Source of the DNA: Bacteroidota bacterium
Lineage (GTDB): Bacteria > Bacteroidota > Rhodothermia > Balneolales > HLUCCA01
Assembly: GCA_020832235.1 (NCBI GenBank)
Contig: JAFIEZ010000003.1
Coordinates: forward strand, 464,264 to 528,263
DNA: 64,000 bases
Reading direction: 5' to 3'
The notes beneath the pieces are model-generated. The model searched no databases, was not told where the DNA came from, and worked only from the letters and a program-made list of their open reading frames with translations. Each line of letters opens with the position of its first letter. Positions within the stretch are counted from its first letter, which is position 1. Positions 55,623-64,000 of this stretch are shown piece by piece. The position numbers and the translations under genes are program-made.

Positions 55623-58490
55623 ATGAAAAATCAGATTATAATTCATGCCGCTGGAAAACAGACGCGCATCGCCTTACTTGAAAACAATGAACTAGCACAA
55701 CTTTTTATTGAGTCTCCGGAGAATCAGCGTACAGTTGGCGACATATATGTAGCCGAGGTACGAAAAGTAATGGGTGGCATAAGAGCCGCTTTCATTGACA
55801 TGAACACTCCCAAGGATGCCTTTCTTCACTACTCTGACCTAGGTGAGCATCTCGACGATTACCTTGTTATGCTCAATGGTCAAGACTCAGTACCTCAAGA
55901 TGCTGTAAAGAGACTTCGTGAATACCGCGATAAAAAAGACGACTCTCAAAACACCAAAAATGGCACGAACGCAGAAGAGCAAAACCTGCTGGGAAATCTG
56001 CTTAAACCAGGCCACAAAGTCCTTGTTCAAATCGTTAAAGAGCCTATTGGATCAAAAGGCCCCAGAGTCTCTACAAACATCTCCATAGCCGGACGCTTTC
56101 TGGTGCTAATTCCAATGGGAGATTATGTAGCTGTATCAAAACGTATACGAAGCTATAAAGAGCGCCGTCAATTACGTCAAACTGTTTCAGACATCTTGCC
56201 TGAGGGTTTTGGGGTTATCGTTCGAACGGTAGCTGAAGGTGTTGACCAGAAGCTCATCGAGCAAGATCTCAATGATGTCTTAGAGAAGTGGAACAACATC
56301 GTTAAGAATCTCCAAGGGGCTAAGCCACCTACTCTCCTGCATCGTGACCTGGATATGACTGAAAGTCTGGTTCGCGATTTGTTCGCGAAAGATTTCGACC
56401 GAATATTAGTGGACGATTCAAAGATGCATAAAACGCTTAAGCACTACGTGTCTAAGATTGCCCCGAATATGCTGCCAAATATTGAATTGTACAAAGGTCG
56501 GAATCATATCTTCGACCATATGAATATAATGCAGGATGTTGAGTCGGTATTTAGTCCTAGAGTTAAGATGCCAAGTGGTGGTTATCTTATCTTTGAACAA
56601 ACCGAGGCAATGTATGTGGTCGACGTTAACTCGGGCAGATATGCGGCAAAGAAAGCACAGGAAGACAACTCCCTGAAAACAAATCTGGAGTCGGCACGGG
56701 AGATTGCTAAGCAACTACGTTTACGTGATATTGGTGGTATCATTGTTGTTGATTTTATCGATCTGAGGGATGATGTAAATAGAAAAAAAGTTTATGACGA
56801 ACTAAAAAAAGAGTTTCGTAAAGACAGAGCCAAAACCAATGTCTTGCCTATGAGTGACTTTGGTTTAGTTCAAATCACACGTCAGCGTATTCGCCCAAGT
56901 GTGGTAAAATCCGTTAGCCGCGTATGCCCGATGTGTGGCGGCGGCGGCAGTATAGTTTCTCAAAACACTATACTGTCTGACATCGAGAGTTGGTTGTCTA
57001 AATTCCGAAGCAGCACAACATTCCGTTCCGTTGATCTACATATCAACCCTTATATGCGAGGAATGCTCACTAAGGGCTGGATTAGTCAACATTTCAAATG
57101 GATGCTTAAATACCGTTTACGAATCGGCATAATTGAAGATTTGACTCTTTCCATGAACGACTACAAGTTTACCCTTGCGGGATCTGACATCGACATTACG
57201 GAGACAATACTTCATGAGCAATCTATAGAGTCGGCTATCAAGGCTGCAGAGAAGAGTATTGCTGAGCTGGAAAGCGAGCACAAGCGTGATAGTACAACGC
57301 TCGACATCTACAAAAAAGAGAAATCAAAGTCAGACCAGACACAAGGCCGCAGAAGTGATAATTCAAACAGGAGTGAACGCCGAAGCGATGTCGATAATCA
57401 ACGCGGTGGACGTCGCCGAGATAATGAGCAGACTGCTGACGATGAACGTTCTAACCGAAGAGTTCAGCTGGATGTACCATCGAATCGACAGGTTGGTAAA
57501 TCACCAATGCCGAAAGTGCAGGAAAAACAGCAGGAAGATCCTCTGAAAGAAACTGCTGCAACGACCGAGAGTAAACAGCAGTCGGATTCTCGTCGTAATC
57601 AAAAAATCTCTAAATACTATAAAAAAGAGAATGATGAGCAGACCAATAATGAATCTCCGCGTGAACGTGCCTCAAATAAAGAGCATGTAGTACAAACGCC
57701 AAAATCGCAGGACCAGGTAAAACCAGTTAGTGATGCAAGTAATGCTGAAATCCCAGAAGAACTAGCCCACTTGAGGTCAGCTTGGGAAGTAGCTAAAGAG
57801 TACAAGATTAAGCGAGATAAAGAGCTCCAATCTCAAAACGATACAGCTAAATCCACTAATCCTGAATCAGAAGAAAAGTCTGAAGAAGCGGGACCAGTAT
57901 CTAAAAGTGAAACCATAGAAGATGTGGCACAAACTGCCTCTACACGTGAACACTCTGAAGATGTAGCACAAACTGCACTAGTAAGTGACGATGCTACAAA
58001 CGTACAGGAAGTGCGCACAGGTTCAAAGAAAGATCATTCGGAGCAAGGACCTGACGACTCTACGATGCAAAATGTCGAAGATCAGGCCACAACTAAGCCT
58101 GTGAAAACAAAAAAAGCTCCGAAAAAATCTGTTGAGGCAGCTTCATCAATCGTTCAGGCGCTTGTTGCATCTTCTAAATTGAAAGAGGAAAAAGAGTCTG
58201 ATGATAAAAAAACTGATGAATCAACCGAAGGTGGTACGTCTGGGAGTACAGAAAGCCCTGACAAAGCAGATATCACTTCTCAAAAAGATGTAGACGCAGC
58301 GGATAAGAAAGCCGCCCCTAAAGCAAAAAAGAAACCTGCTCCACGTAAAAAAGCTAAAACAGCAGAAGAGGTAGCGAAGAAAACAGCATCTAAACGAAAG
58401 CCTGCAGCAAAAAAAGAAAATAAAAAAGAGAACAAATCTGAAGCAGAAGACGTTACTAAGAGTGATGAAAACACTCAGGAGGAGAATTAA
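55623..58490 (+). CDS. rne: RNase E/G-family endoribonuclease with about 430-aa disordered Lys/Glu/Ser-rich C-terminal tail
   Basis: 955 aa. S1 domain (GDIYVAEVRKV), catalytic core (VVDVNSG, IVVDFID), and Zn-link CPMCGGGG. Confidence 0.88.
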   Translation: MKNQIIIHAAGKQTRIALLENNELAQLFIESPENQRTVGDIYVAEVRKVMGGIRAAFIDMNTPKDAFLHYSDLGEHLDDYLVMLNGQDSVPQDAVKRLREYRDKKDDSQNTKNGTNAEEQNLLGNLLKPGHKVLVQIVKEPIGSKGPRVSTNISIAGRFLVLIPMGDYVAVSKRIRSYKERRQLRQTVSDILPEGFGVIVRTVAEGVDQKLIEQDLNDVLEKWNNIVKNLQGAKPPTLLHRDLDMTESLVRDLFAKDFDRILVDDSKMHKTLKHYVSKIAPNMLPNIELYKGRNHIFDHMNIMQDVESVFSPRVKMPSGGYLIFEQTEAMYVVDVNSGRYAAKKAQEDNSLKTNLESAREIAKQLRLRDIGGIIVVDFIDLRDDVNRKKVYDELKKEFRKDRAKTNVLPMSDFGLVQITRQRIRPSVVKSVSRVCPMCGGGGSIVSQNTILSDIESWLSKFRSSTTFRSVDLHINPYMRGMLTKGWISQHFKWMLKYRLRIGIIEDLTLSMNDYKFTLAGSDIDITETILHEQSIESAIKAAEKSIAELESEHKRDSTTLDIYKKEKSKSDQTQGRRSDNSNRSERRSDVDNQRGGRRRDNEQTADDERSNRRVQLDVPSNRQVGKSPMPKVQEKQQEDPLKETAATTESKQQSDSRRNQKISKYYKKENDEQTNNESPRERASNKEHVVQTPKSQDQVKPVSDASNAEIPEELAHLRSAWEVAKEYKIKRDKELQSQNDTAKSTNPESEEKSEEAGPVSKSETIEDVAQTASTREHSEDVAQTALVSDDATNVQEVRTGSKKDHSEQGPDDSTMQNVEDQATTKPVKTKKAPKKSVEAASSIVQALVASSKLKEEKESDDKKTDESTEGGTSGSTESPDKADITSQKDVDAADKKAAPKAKKKPAPRKKAKTAEEVAKKTASKRKPAAKKENKKENKSEAEDVTKSDENTQEEN

Positions 58491-59033
58491 ATGACTTTAT
58501 CGCTTCACGCAACCACCGTTGTTGGTATTATTCACAACGGCAAAGCTGCTATTGGTAGTGACGGGCAGGCCACTTTAGACAAAATGGTCATGAAATCAAC
58601 CGTTCAGAAAGTGCGAAAGTTGTACGATGGTAAGATTTTGGCTGGATTTGCAGGTTCAACCGCTGATGCTTTCACACTTTTTGAGAAATTCGAAGAAAAA
58701 GTAAATCAGTACAACGGAAACTTACAAAGAGCAGCTGTAGAGTTGGCCAAAGAATGGCGACAAGATCGTTACTTACGCAGGCTTGAGGCTCTTCTTGTAG
58801 TTATGGACAATCAGAAAGGTCTGCTTATATCAGGGCAGGGAGATGTTATTGAAACCGATGATCAGATTTTAACTATCGGTAGTGGAGGCTTCTACGCTTT
58901 AGCAGCTGCCAGGGCACTTAAGAAGCATGCACCACAACTAACTGCCAAAGAGATTATCAAGGAAGCCTTGGGAACCGCTGCCGATATTGACATATACACC
59001 AATCATAATATTACGATTCTGGAGATTGACTAA
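58491..59033 (+). CDS. hslV: ATP-dependent protease subunit HslV
   Basis: 180 aa. HATTVVG with catalytic Thr, and [10 protein letters not shown]. The ATG directly follows the rne TAA. Confidence 0.93.
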   Translation: MTLSLHATTVVGIIHNGKAAIGSDGQATLDKMVMKSTVQKVRKLYDGKILAGFAGSTADAFTLFEKFEEKVNQYNGNLQRAAVELAKEWRQDRYLRRLEALLVVMDNQKGLLISGQGDVIETDDQILTIGSGGFYALAAARALKKHAPQLTAKEIIKEALGTAADIDIYTNHNITILEID

Positions 59034-59035
59034 TT

Positions 59036-60448
59036 TTGAAAAGTATTGATTCTCTTACACCCAGCCAGATTGTAGCCGAGCTGGATAAATATATCATCGG
59101 TCAGGGTAATGCAAAAAAAGCCGTTGCTATCGCGCTTCGGAACCGTTGGAGACGGATGATGTCTGATGATGCCATTCGTGACGATATCATGCCAAATAAT
59201 ATTATACTTATTGGTCCAACCGGGGTGGGTAAAACCGAAATTGCACGTCGACTAGCTCGATTGGCTAGAGCACCGTTTATTAAAGTTGAGGCCACGAAAT
59301 ACACAGAGGTGGGTTATGTTGGCAGAGATGTTGAGTCTATCATTCGTGATTTAACAGACCTTTCTATCACTATGGTGAAAACTGAAATGCAGGAGCGCGT
59401 TAAAGACAAAGCTGCAGAGAATGTGGAGGAACGAATCTTGGATTTGCTTATTCCGCCTCTTAAAAAACCAGCGGGTTTTGGAACGTCCACGCAACGATTA
59501 AGTAGCTCTACTGATTCAGAATTCAACCCTAATGTTGCTAGTGATGAAGAGTTAAACGAGAGAACCCGTGAAAAATTTCGTGAAAAGCTACGTAAAGGTG
59601 AGCTAGACGACAGAACAATTGAATTGGATGTTAAAGCAGGTGGAAATCCCACCATGCAGATATTTGGTCCGGCTGGTATGGAAGAGCTTGGAATGAATAT
59701 TCAGGACATGTTGGGCAATCTCGCTCCTAAGAAAACCAAGAAGAAGTCCGTTAAAATTAAAGACGCCAGAACATTATTGCTTGCAGAAGAAGCTGAAAAA
59801 TTGGTTGACAATGATGCGGCTGTTCAGGAAGCGCTGGAACGTGTTCAAACATCCGGCATTGTATTCATTGATGAAATTGATAAAGTAGCAGGTGGCATAT
59901 CGGGCTCCGGCCAAGGTGGTCCTGACGTTAGTAGACAAGGCGTACAGCGCGATTTACTCCCTATTGTGGAGGGTTCATCTGTGTCTACAAAGTATGGCCT
60001 GGTTAAAACAGATCATATTCTGTTCATTGCTTCCGGTGCATTTCACGTTTCTAAGCCATCAGACCTCATACCTGAACTACAGGGGCGTTTTCCTATTCGT
60101 GTGGAAATGGATAGTTTGAATGAAGAAGATTTCTACAACATTCTTACAGTACCCAAAAATGCACTAACCAAACAGTATGAAGCAATGCTTGCCTCCGAAG
60201 GTGTGACGTTGACTTTTAATAATGAAGCCATTCGAGAAGTAGCCAAACTTGCCGCTGAAGTTAATTCTTCTGTTGAAAATATTGGCGCCAGGAGGTTACA
60301 CACTATTCTTACTACCATACTGGAAGAGCTCTTGTTTCTTGTTCCCGATGACATCCATGAGGGCACGATTCTTATTGATAAAGATTATGTAACCAAACAG
60401 ATCGGCTCAATAGTTAAAGACCGAGATCTGAGTCAATATATATTATAA
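59036..60448 (+). CDS. hslU: ATP-dependent protease ATPase subunit HslU
   Basis: 470 aa, TTG start. LTPSQIVAELDKYIIGQ, Walker A GPTGVGKTEIARRLA, IVFIDEIDK. Confidence 0.93.
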   Translation: MKSIDSLTPSQIVAELDKYIIGQGNAKKAVAIALRNRWRRMMSDDAIRDDIMPNNIILIGPTGVGKTEIARRLARLARAPFIKVEATKYTEVGYVGRDVESIIRDLTDLSITMVKTEMQERVKDKAAENVEERILDLLIPPLKKPAGFGTSTQRLSSSTDSEFNPNVASDEELNERTREKFREKLRKGELDDRTIELDVKAGGNPTMQIFGPAGMEELGMNIQDMLGNLAPKKTKKKSVKIKDARTLLLAEEAEKLVDNDAAVQEALERVQTSGIVFIDEIDKVAGGISGSGQGGPDVSRQGVQRDLLPIVEGSSVSTKYGLVKTDHILFIASGAFHVSKPSDLIPELQGRFPIRVEMDSLNEEDFYNILTVPKNALTKQYEAMLASEGVTLTFNNEAIREVAKLAAEVNSSVENIGARRLHTILTTILEELLFLVPDDIHEGTILIDKDYVTKQIGSIVKDRDLSQYIL

Positions 60449-60569
60449 CTGCCGGAAACTTTTTTTCAATTCAATGCTTTATTGTGTATATAAAAAAGGT
60501 GCTGCATACCACATGCATTTTTGTTGCGTTTAAACAACATAACTAACCGAAATATCGAGTTTTATTTTT

Positions 60570-62474
60570 ATGTCAATCCGTCGATTCCTCGCTCCTAACA
60601 TTATAGCTGTTCTAATTCTTGGCTTTGCATGGTTTTTGGGCCACGAAAATATTCTTAAAGAAGAGCGTAATGATCAGATAAACCTTCAGAAATATATTCA
60701 GGTTCAACGCGTAATACTTGACAACCATTTCAGTGAAGTAAATGTAAATGATCTATACAGGAGTAGTTTAAAGGGCTTCATTAGAAACATAGAGACTGAA
60801 GGTCTCGATTTCAGTGCTACACCACTCGACACATCTGTCACGAATCACCGTGTGAGTACATTAAGAGAGGCTGTTCAAAGTTTTGAACGTGCGTATCGCT
60901 TTCTCGCAAGTGTTGCACCTGGTGAAGATCTTGCTGCAAGAACTGATGACGCTATTATTGGCATGTTTGCCATGCTAGACCCACACTCAAATTATCTGGA
61001 ACCGGAGCGAGCTGAACGAGAACAGGAGCAATTTTCCGGGAGATTTCAGGGAATTGGTGTGCAATTTGATATCATAGCTGACACCATTACCGTTGTTTCA
61101 GCTATTTCTGGCGGACCATCTGATAAGCTAGGAATACAATCTGGTGACCGAATCATACAAATTGACGATGTATCCGCAATTGGATTTACAAATCAACAAG
61201 TTGTTAGTCATCTTCGAGGACCGAAAGGTACTACTGTAGATGTGGTTATAAGAAGGCCTCGTATGGCAAATCCTCTTAATTTTACTATAACCAGAGATAA
61301 TATCCCTATCTACACTGTAGACTCAAGTTACATGATTGACGATGATACTGGTTATCTGAAAATCAGCAATTTTGCCACTACAACGTATGATGAATTCATG
61401 CAGGCGATGGAGTCACTGAAAGACCAGGGTATGAATCGTCTCGTACTAGATTTAAGAAGTAACCCAGGTGGATACCTGATTCAGGCTTTCAGAATAGTAG
61501 GTGAATTCTTTCCTGCGGGAACCCCAATTGTGGCTACAGAAAGCCGTCATGCCCGATTTATATCAGAGTACAATACCCAACGAAATGGACAGTTTAGAGA
61601 TCTTCCCCTCATCGTTATGGTTGATGAGGGCTCTGCATCAGGATCTGAAATTGTTGCAGGTGCCATACAGGATTTTGACCGCGGGCTTATAGTAGGTCGA
61701 AGAACATATGGGAAAGGGCTTGTTCAGGTTGAGTTTTCGCTCGTTGATAACAGCAGTGTACGAATTACTACTTCTCAGTACACAACTCCATCAGGTCGCC
61801 TCATTCAAAAACCGTTTTTGGATGGCCGTGAAGCCTATGCCTATGAGTTGTTTGAAAGAGAAGATGCATTAACAGACGCTAGTCATTTCGTTGCTAACGT
61901 ACCAGATTCACTTCGCTTTTCAACCAGAAGCGGTCGACCTATATTTGGTGGCGGAGGAATTTTACCAGATCACATCCTGCAAAGAGATACAACGCGTAGT
62001 TTTGTGTTTGGATTTATGAGACAACGAAACCTGAATACCGAATTTGTGCGCTCTTACATGGATGAATATGGTGACGAAGTTCGTTCTAGGTGGAGAGACG
62101 ACTTCCCAAGCTTTTTGGAAGAATTTACATGGTCTGATGAATTTGTAGAAGGTGTAAGAACCCGTATGATTGCAAATGGTTTGGTGCTCACAGATACGGT
62201 ATCAATAAACAGTCCCATACTGGAAGGAGATCAACTATTTATAAACCCAGAAGCTTTTGAGCGTGATCGCTGGATTTTAGAAGGCTCGCTGAAGGCTGAA
62301 TTATCCAGACAAATTTGGGACACTCAACATTATTTTCAGGTTTTTAATACCATATTCGATACCACTTTGCGTGACGCTGTTACCCTTTGGGAAGAGGTAA
62401 ATGAGCTAAAAGCACTAGCTGACCAATCATCCCCCCCACGAAGGTCATCTACCAGTTTATACCAACAGCAGTAA
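60570..62474 (+). CDS. S41-family C-terminal processing peptidase
   Basis: 634 aa. PDZ (GIQSGDRIIQID), LDLRSNPGG, the catalytic Ser region SASGSEIVAGAIQD, and GKG. Confidence 0.85.
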   Translation: MSIRRFLAPNIIAVLILGFAWFLGHENILKEERNDQINLQKYIQVQRVILDNHFSEVNVNDLYRSSLKGFIRNIETEGLDFSATPLDTSVTNHRVSTLREAVQSFERAYRFLASVAPGEDLAARTDDAIIGMFAMLDPHSNYLEPERAEREQEQFSGRFQGIGVQFDIIADTITVVSAISGGPSDKLGIQSGDRIIQIDDVSAIGFTNQQVVSHLRGPKGTTVDVVIRRPRMANPLNFTITRDNIPIYTVDSSYMIDDDTGYLKISNFATTTYDEFMQAMESLKDQGMNRLVLDLRSNPGGYLIQAFRIVGEFFPAGTPIVATESRHARFISEYNTQRNGQFRDLPLIVMVDEGSASGSEIVAGAIQDFDRGLIVGRRTYGKGLVQVEFSLVDNSSVRITTSQYTTPSGRLIQKPFLDGREAYAYELFEREDALTDASHFVANVPDSLRFSTRSGRPIFGGGGILPDHILQRDTTRSFVFGFMRQRNLNTEFVRSYMDEYGDEVRSRWRDDFPSFLEEFTWSDEFVEGVRTRMIANGLVLTDTVSINSPILEGDQLFINPEAFERDRWILEGSLKAELSRQIWDTQHYFQVFNTIFDTTLRDAVTLWEEVNELKALADQSSPPRRSSTSLYQQQ

Positions 62475-62479
62475 CTTCC

Positions 62480-62513
62480 AAGCCGGACTCATTTCAGAGT
62501 TCGGCTTTTTTTT
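62480..62513 (+). terminator. rho-independent terminator
   Basis: AAGCCGGACTC-atttca-GAGTTCGGCTT followed by a T-run (62506-62513). Confidence 0.85.
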
Positions 62514-62613
62514 CGATATAACAAAAGTTATTTGCCGTAGATGTTGGCTGAAGAAAGTGATAACTTTGCCTTACCTATTTGCTAACTATACAGACTGAAC
62601 ATTTAAAGCACCC

Positions 62614-63216
62614 ATGAATCTTCTTGATTTGGGCGAATATTTCGACCCAGCTGTTTTCGACTATATCATACTTCCTGCATTGATTTTCTTCGCCCGAATG
62701 GTAGACATGACCCTTGGTACTATTCGAATTATATTTGTAGCAAGGAGCATGAAAACAATTGCCCCAATAGTTGGTTTTTTTGAGTCGCTTATCTGGCTAT
62801 TTGCAATATCTCAGATAATTATGAATCTGAGCAACTTAGCTACTTACATCGCATTTGCGGCAGGATTTGCAGCAGGCAATTATGTCGGAATTTATCTAGA
62901 GAGCAAATTAGCTGTTGGATTGTTATCTATTCGAGCGGTAACAACCAATGATGCATCGGATCTCATAAGTTATCTTCGTGAACATAATTTCGGAGTAACA
63001 AGTGTATCAGCCTTGGGAGTCACCGGCAGGGTTCGCCTTATAATTTCAGTGATTAAGCGTAAAGACCTTGATGAGTACATACAAATTGTAAAGAAATTCA
63101 ACCCTAAAGCCTTTATTTCTATTGAAGATGTGAGAAGCGTACAAGAAGGTTTTTTTCCAACATCACAACAGAAAAGAGAAAGTCAGTTCTTTAAAACCTT
63201 TACGGTAAGAAAATAA
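62614..63216 (+). CDS. UPF0316/DUF2179-family membrane protein
   Basis: 200 aa. Three N-terminal TM helices (FFARMVDMTLGTIRIIF) plus a soluble C-terminal domain. Confidence 0.6.
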   Translation: MNLLDLGEYFDPAVFDYIILPALIFFARMVDMTLGTIRIIFVARSMKTIAPIVGFFESLIWLFAISQIIMNLSNLATYIAFAAGFAAGNYVGIYLESKLAVGLLSIRAVTTNDASDLISYLREHNFGVTSVSALGVTGRVRLIISVIKRKDLDEYIQIVKKFNPKAFISIEDVRSVQEGFFPTSQQKRESQFFKTFTVRK

Positions 63217-63265
63217 GCATAGCATTTTTAAAGAACTCAAATAGCGTCTTATAGTCATCGGGGAA

Positions 63266-64000
63266 TTATTTCAGAAGAGTCAGGGATCGACTATAAGATA
63301 TACCGTTGACTCGCAAAATATAGTAATACACGCCAGAAGATAGATGACTTCCATCAAAAGTACGCTGGTGAACACCCTGAAATAAAAATTCATCAGCTAA
63401 TACACGAATAGATCGGCCTATAGCGTCAAATACCTCCAACGTAACATCCGCATTTTCTGGTATTTCGAAGCGGATGGTCGTGACAGGATTGAACGGATTA
63501 GGATAATTTTGGTCTAATTTTACTTCTTGTGGGCTATTTACATACTCCTGCTCAACAGATACGGTCTTTGCGAACACAGCTGTCAGAGTTATATCATTTT
63601 GGTCAGGAGTTATTCTCATTGAATGGAGTGAGTCAGGATATTCCTGCCAGTAGTCAAATACCCATCCATCTTTTGGTACAGCGGTAACGGTAATTGTATT
63701 GTCAGTGAAATAAGCTCCGGACCAACGGGATGGATTGCCAATATTGTTAATTCCAGGAGTAGATTCACGTATATCTATACTGTTCACCTGTATATATCCC
63801 ATTGTTGTATCATTTACTCCTGCATGCAGAGTGGAAAAACCTTTAAATCCGAGGTGGCGACGCATTTGTTCATTCAACGTATCCGGTCGGTCTACTGCAA
63901 ATCGGCGCATAAAACCCACGGCTTCGTCCCACTCTTCAATCGTTTGTGGTAAACGCCATCGGTCATCGTGGAATCCCATTCGATTCATATGTTCTTGAAT
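63266..64000 (-). CDS. secreted protein (CotH-like C-terminal region) with T9SS C-terminal sorting domain, N-terminus beyond window
   Basis: The frame is open to the window end. The C-terminal domain begins NYPNPFNPVTTIRFEIPE and ends LTLLK. Confidence 0.6.
   Translation of the reverse strand: MQEHMNRMGFHDDRWRLPQTIEEWDEAVGFMRRFAVDRPDTLNEQMRRHLGFKGFSTLHAGVNDTTMGYIQVNSIDIRESTPGINNIGNPSRWSGAYFTDNTITVTAVPKDGWVFDYWQEYPDSLHSMRITPDQNDITLTAVFAKTVSVEQEYVNSPQEVKLDQNYPNPFNPVTTIRFEIPENADVTLEVFDAIGRSIRVLADEFLFQGVHQRTFDGSHLSSGVYYYILRVNGISYSRSLTLLK

Noticed and set aside
55289-55681. 130-aa ORF in the rne leader (also 55089-55322 on the minus strand)
   Set aside because: The composition is odd and there are no motifs. 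The first overlaps the rne start and the second overlaps the murA end. I treat them as non-coding leader sequence.
58280-58474. Minus-strand 64-aa ORF opposite the rne tail
   Set aside because: It is the mirror image of the Lys/Ala-rich low-complexity coding repeat and is not independent coding evidence.
1-64000. Search for CRISPR arrays, transposases, integrases, phage genes, toxin-antitoxin pairs or defence-island-like gene sets
   Set aside because: I saw no direct-repeat/spacer array and no ORF with recombinase, transposase, nuclease-helicase or phage structural hallmarks. Almost every ORF has a housekeeping assignment, so I make no mobile-element or defence call.

Overview
This window looks like an ordinary, densely packed chromosomal region of an FCB-group bacterium (Bacteroidota, Balneolota or Rhodothermota-like). 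The lineage guess rests on two proteins that end in T9SS-type C-terminal sorting domains (NYPNPFNP...), an acyl-ornithine-type carbamoyltransferase, and long-form DeoC. I call about 62 protein genes and one tRNA-Val(GAC). I saw no rRNA, CRISPR array, transposase, integrase, phage gene or recognisable defence system.

Main blocks:
- leuB-proC
- dut, sigma factor, prmA, gatA, tatA
- a BamA-family gene
- a carotenoid-type desaturase divergent from an acyltransferase
- deoC plus two ALDH-like genes
- the conserved translation cluster tRNA-Val-thrS-infC-rpmI-rplT-pheS-pheT, followed by zapA
- an 11-gene minus-strand arginine operon (40047-51553)
- queG, murA, then rne/rng-hslV-hslU
- an S41 peptidase

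Most noteworthy observations, all read from the sequence and none database-verified:
1. A 26-codon leader ORF with five Arg codons in six (RRRLRR), followed by mutually exclusive antiterminator and terminator hairpins directly upstream of argG. This is a classical-looking attenuator, but for arginine.
2. An uncharacterised 359-aa P-loop-like ORF sits between argG and argC, in an operon with no recognisable ArgA or ArgJ.
3. A roughly 185-nt rod-like structured RNA lies downstream of zapA and is a candidate 6S RNA.
4. An ALDH paralog lacks its whole catalytic domain.
5. An ADP-ribosylglycohydrolase-like ORF with substituted metal ligands sits at the tail of the arg operon.
6. A perfect 13-bp tandem duplication creates the murA start.

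I did not find a convincing multi-gene novel system beyond the variant arginine operon.
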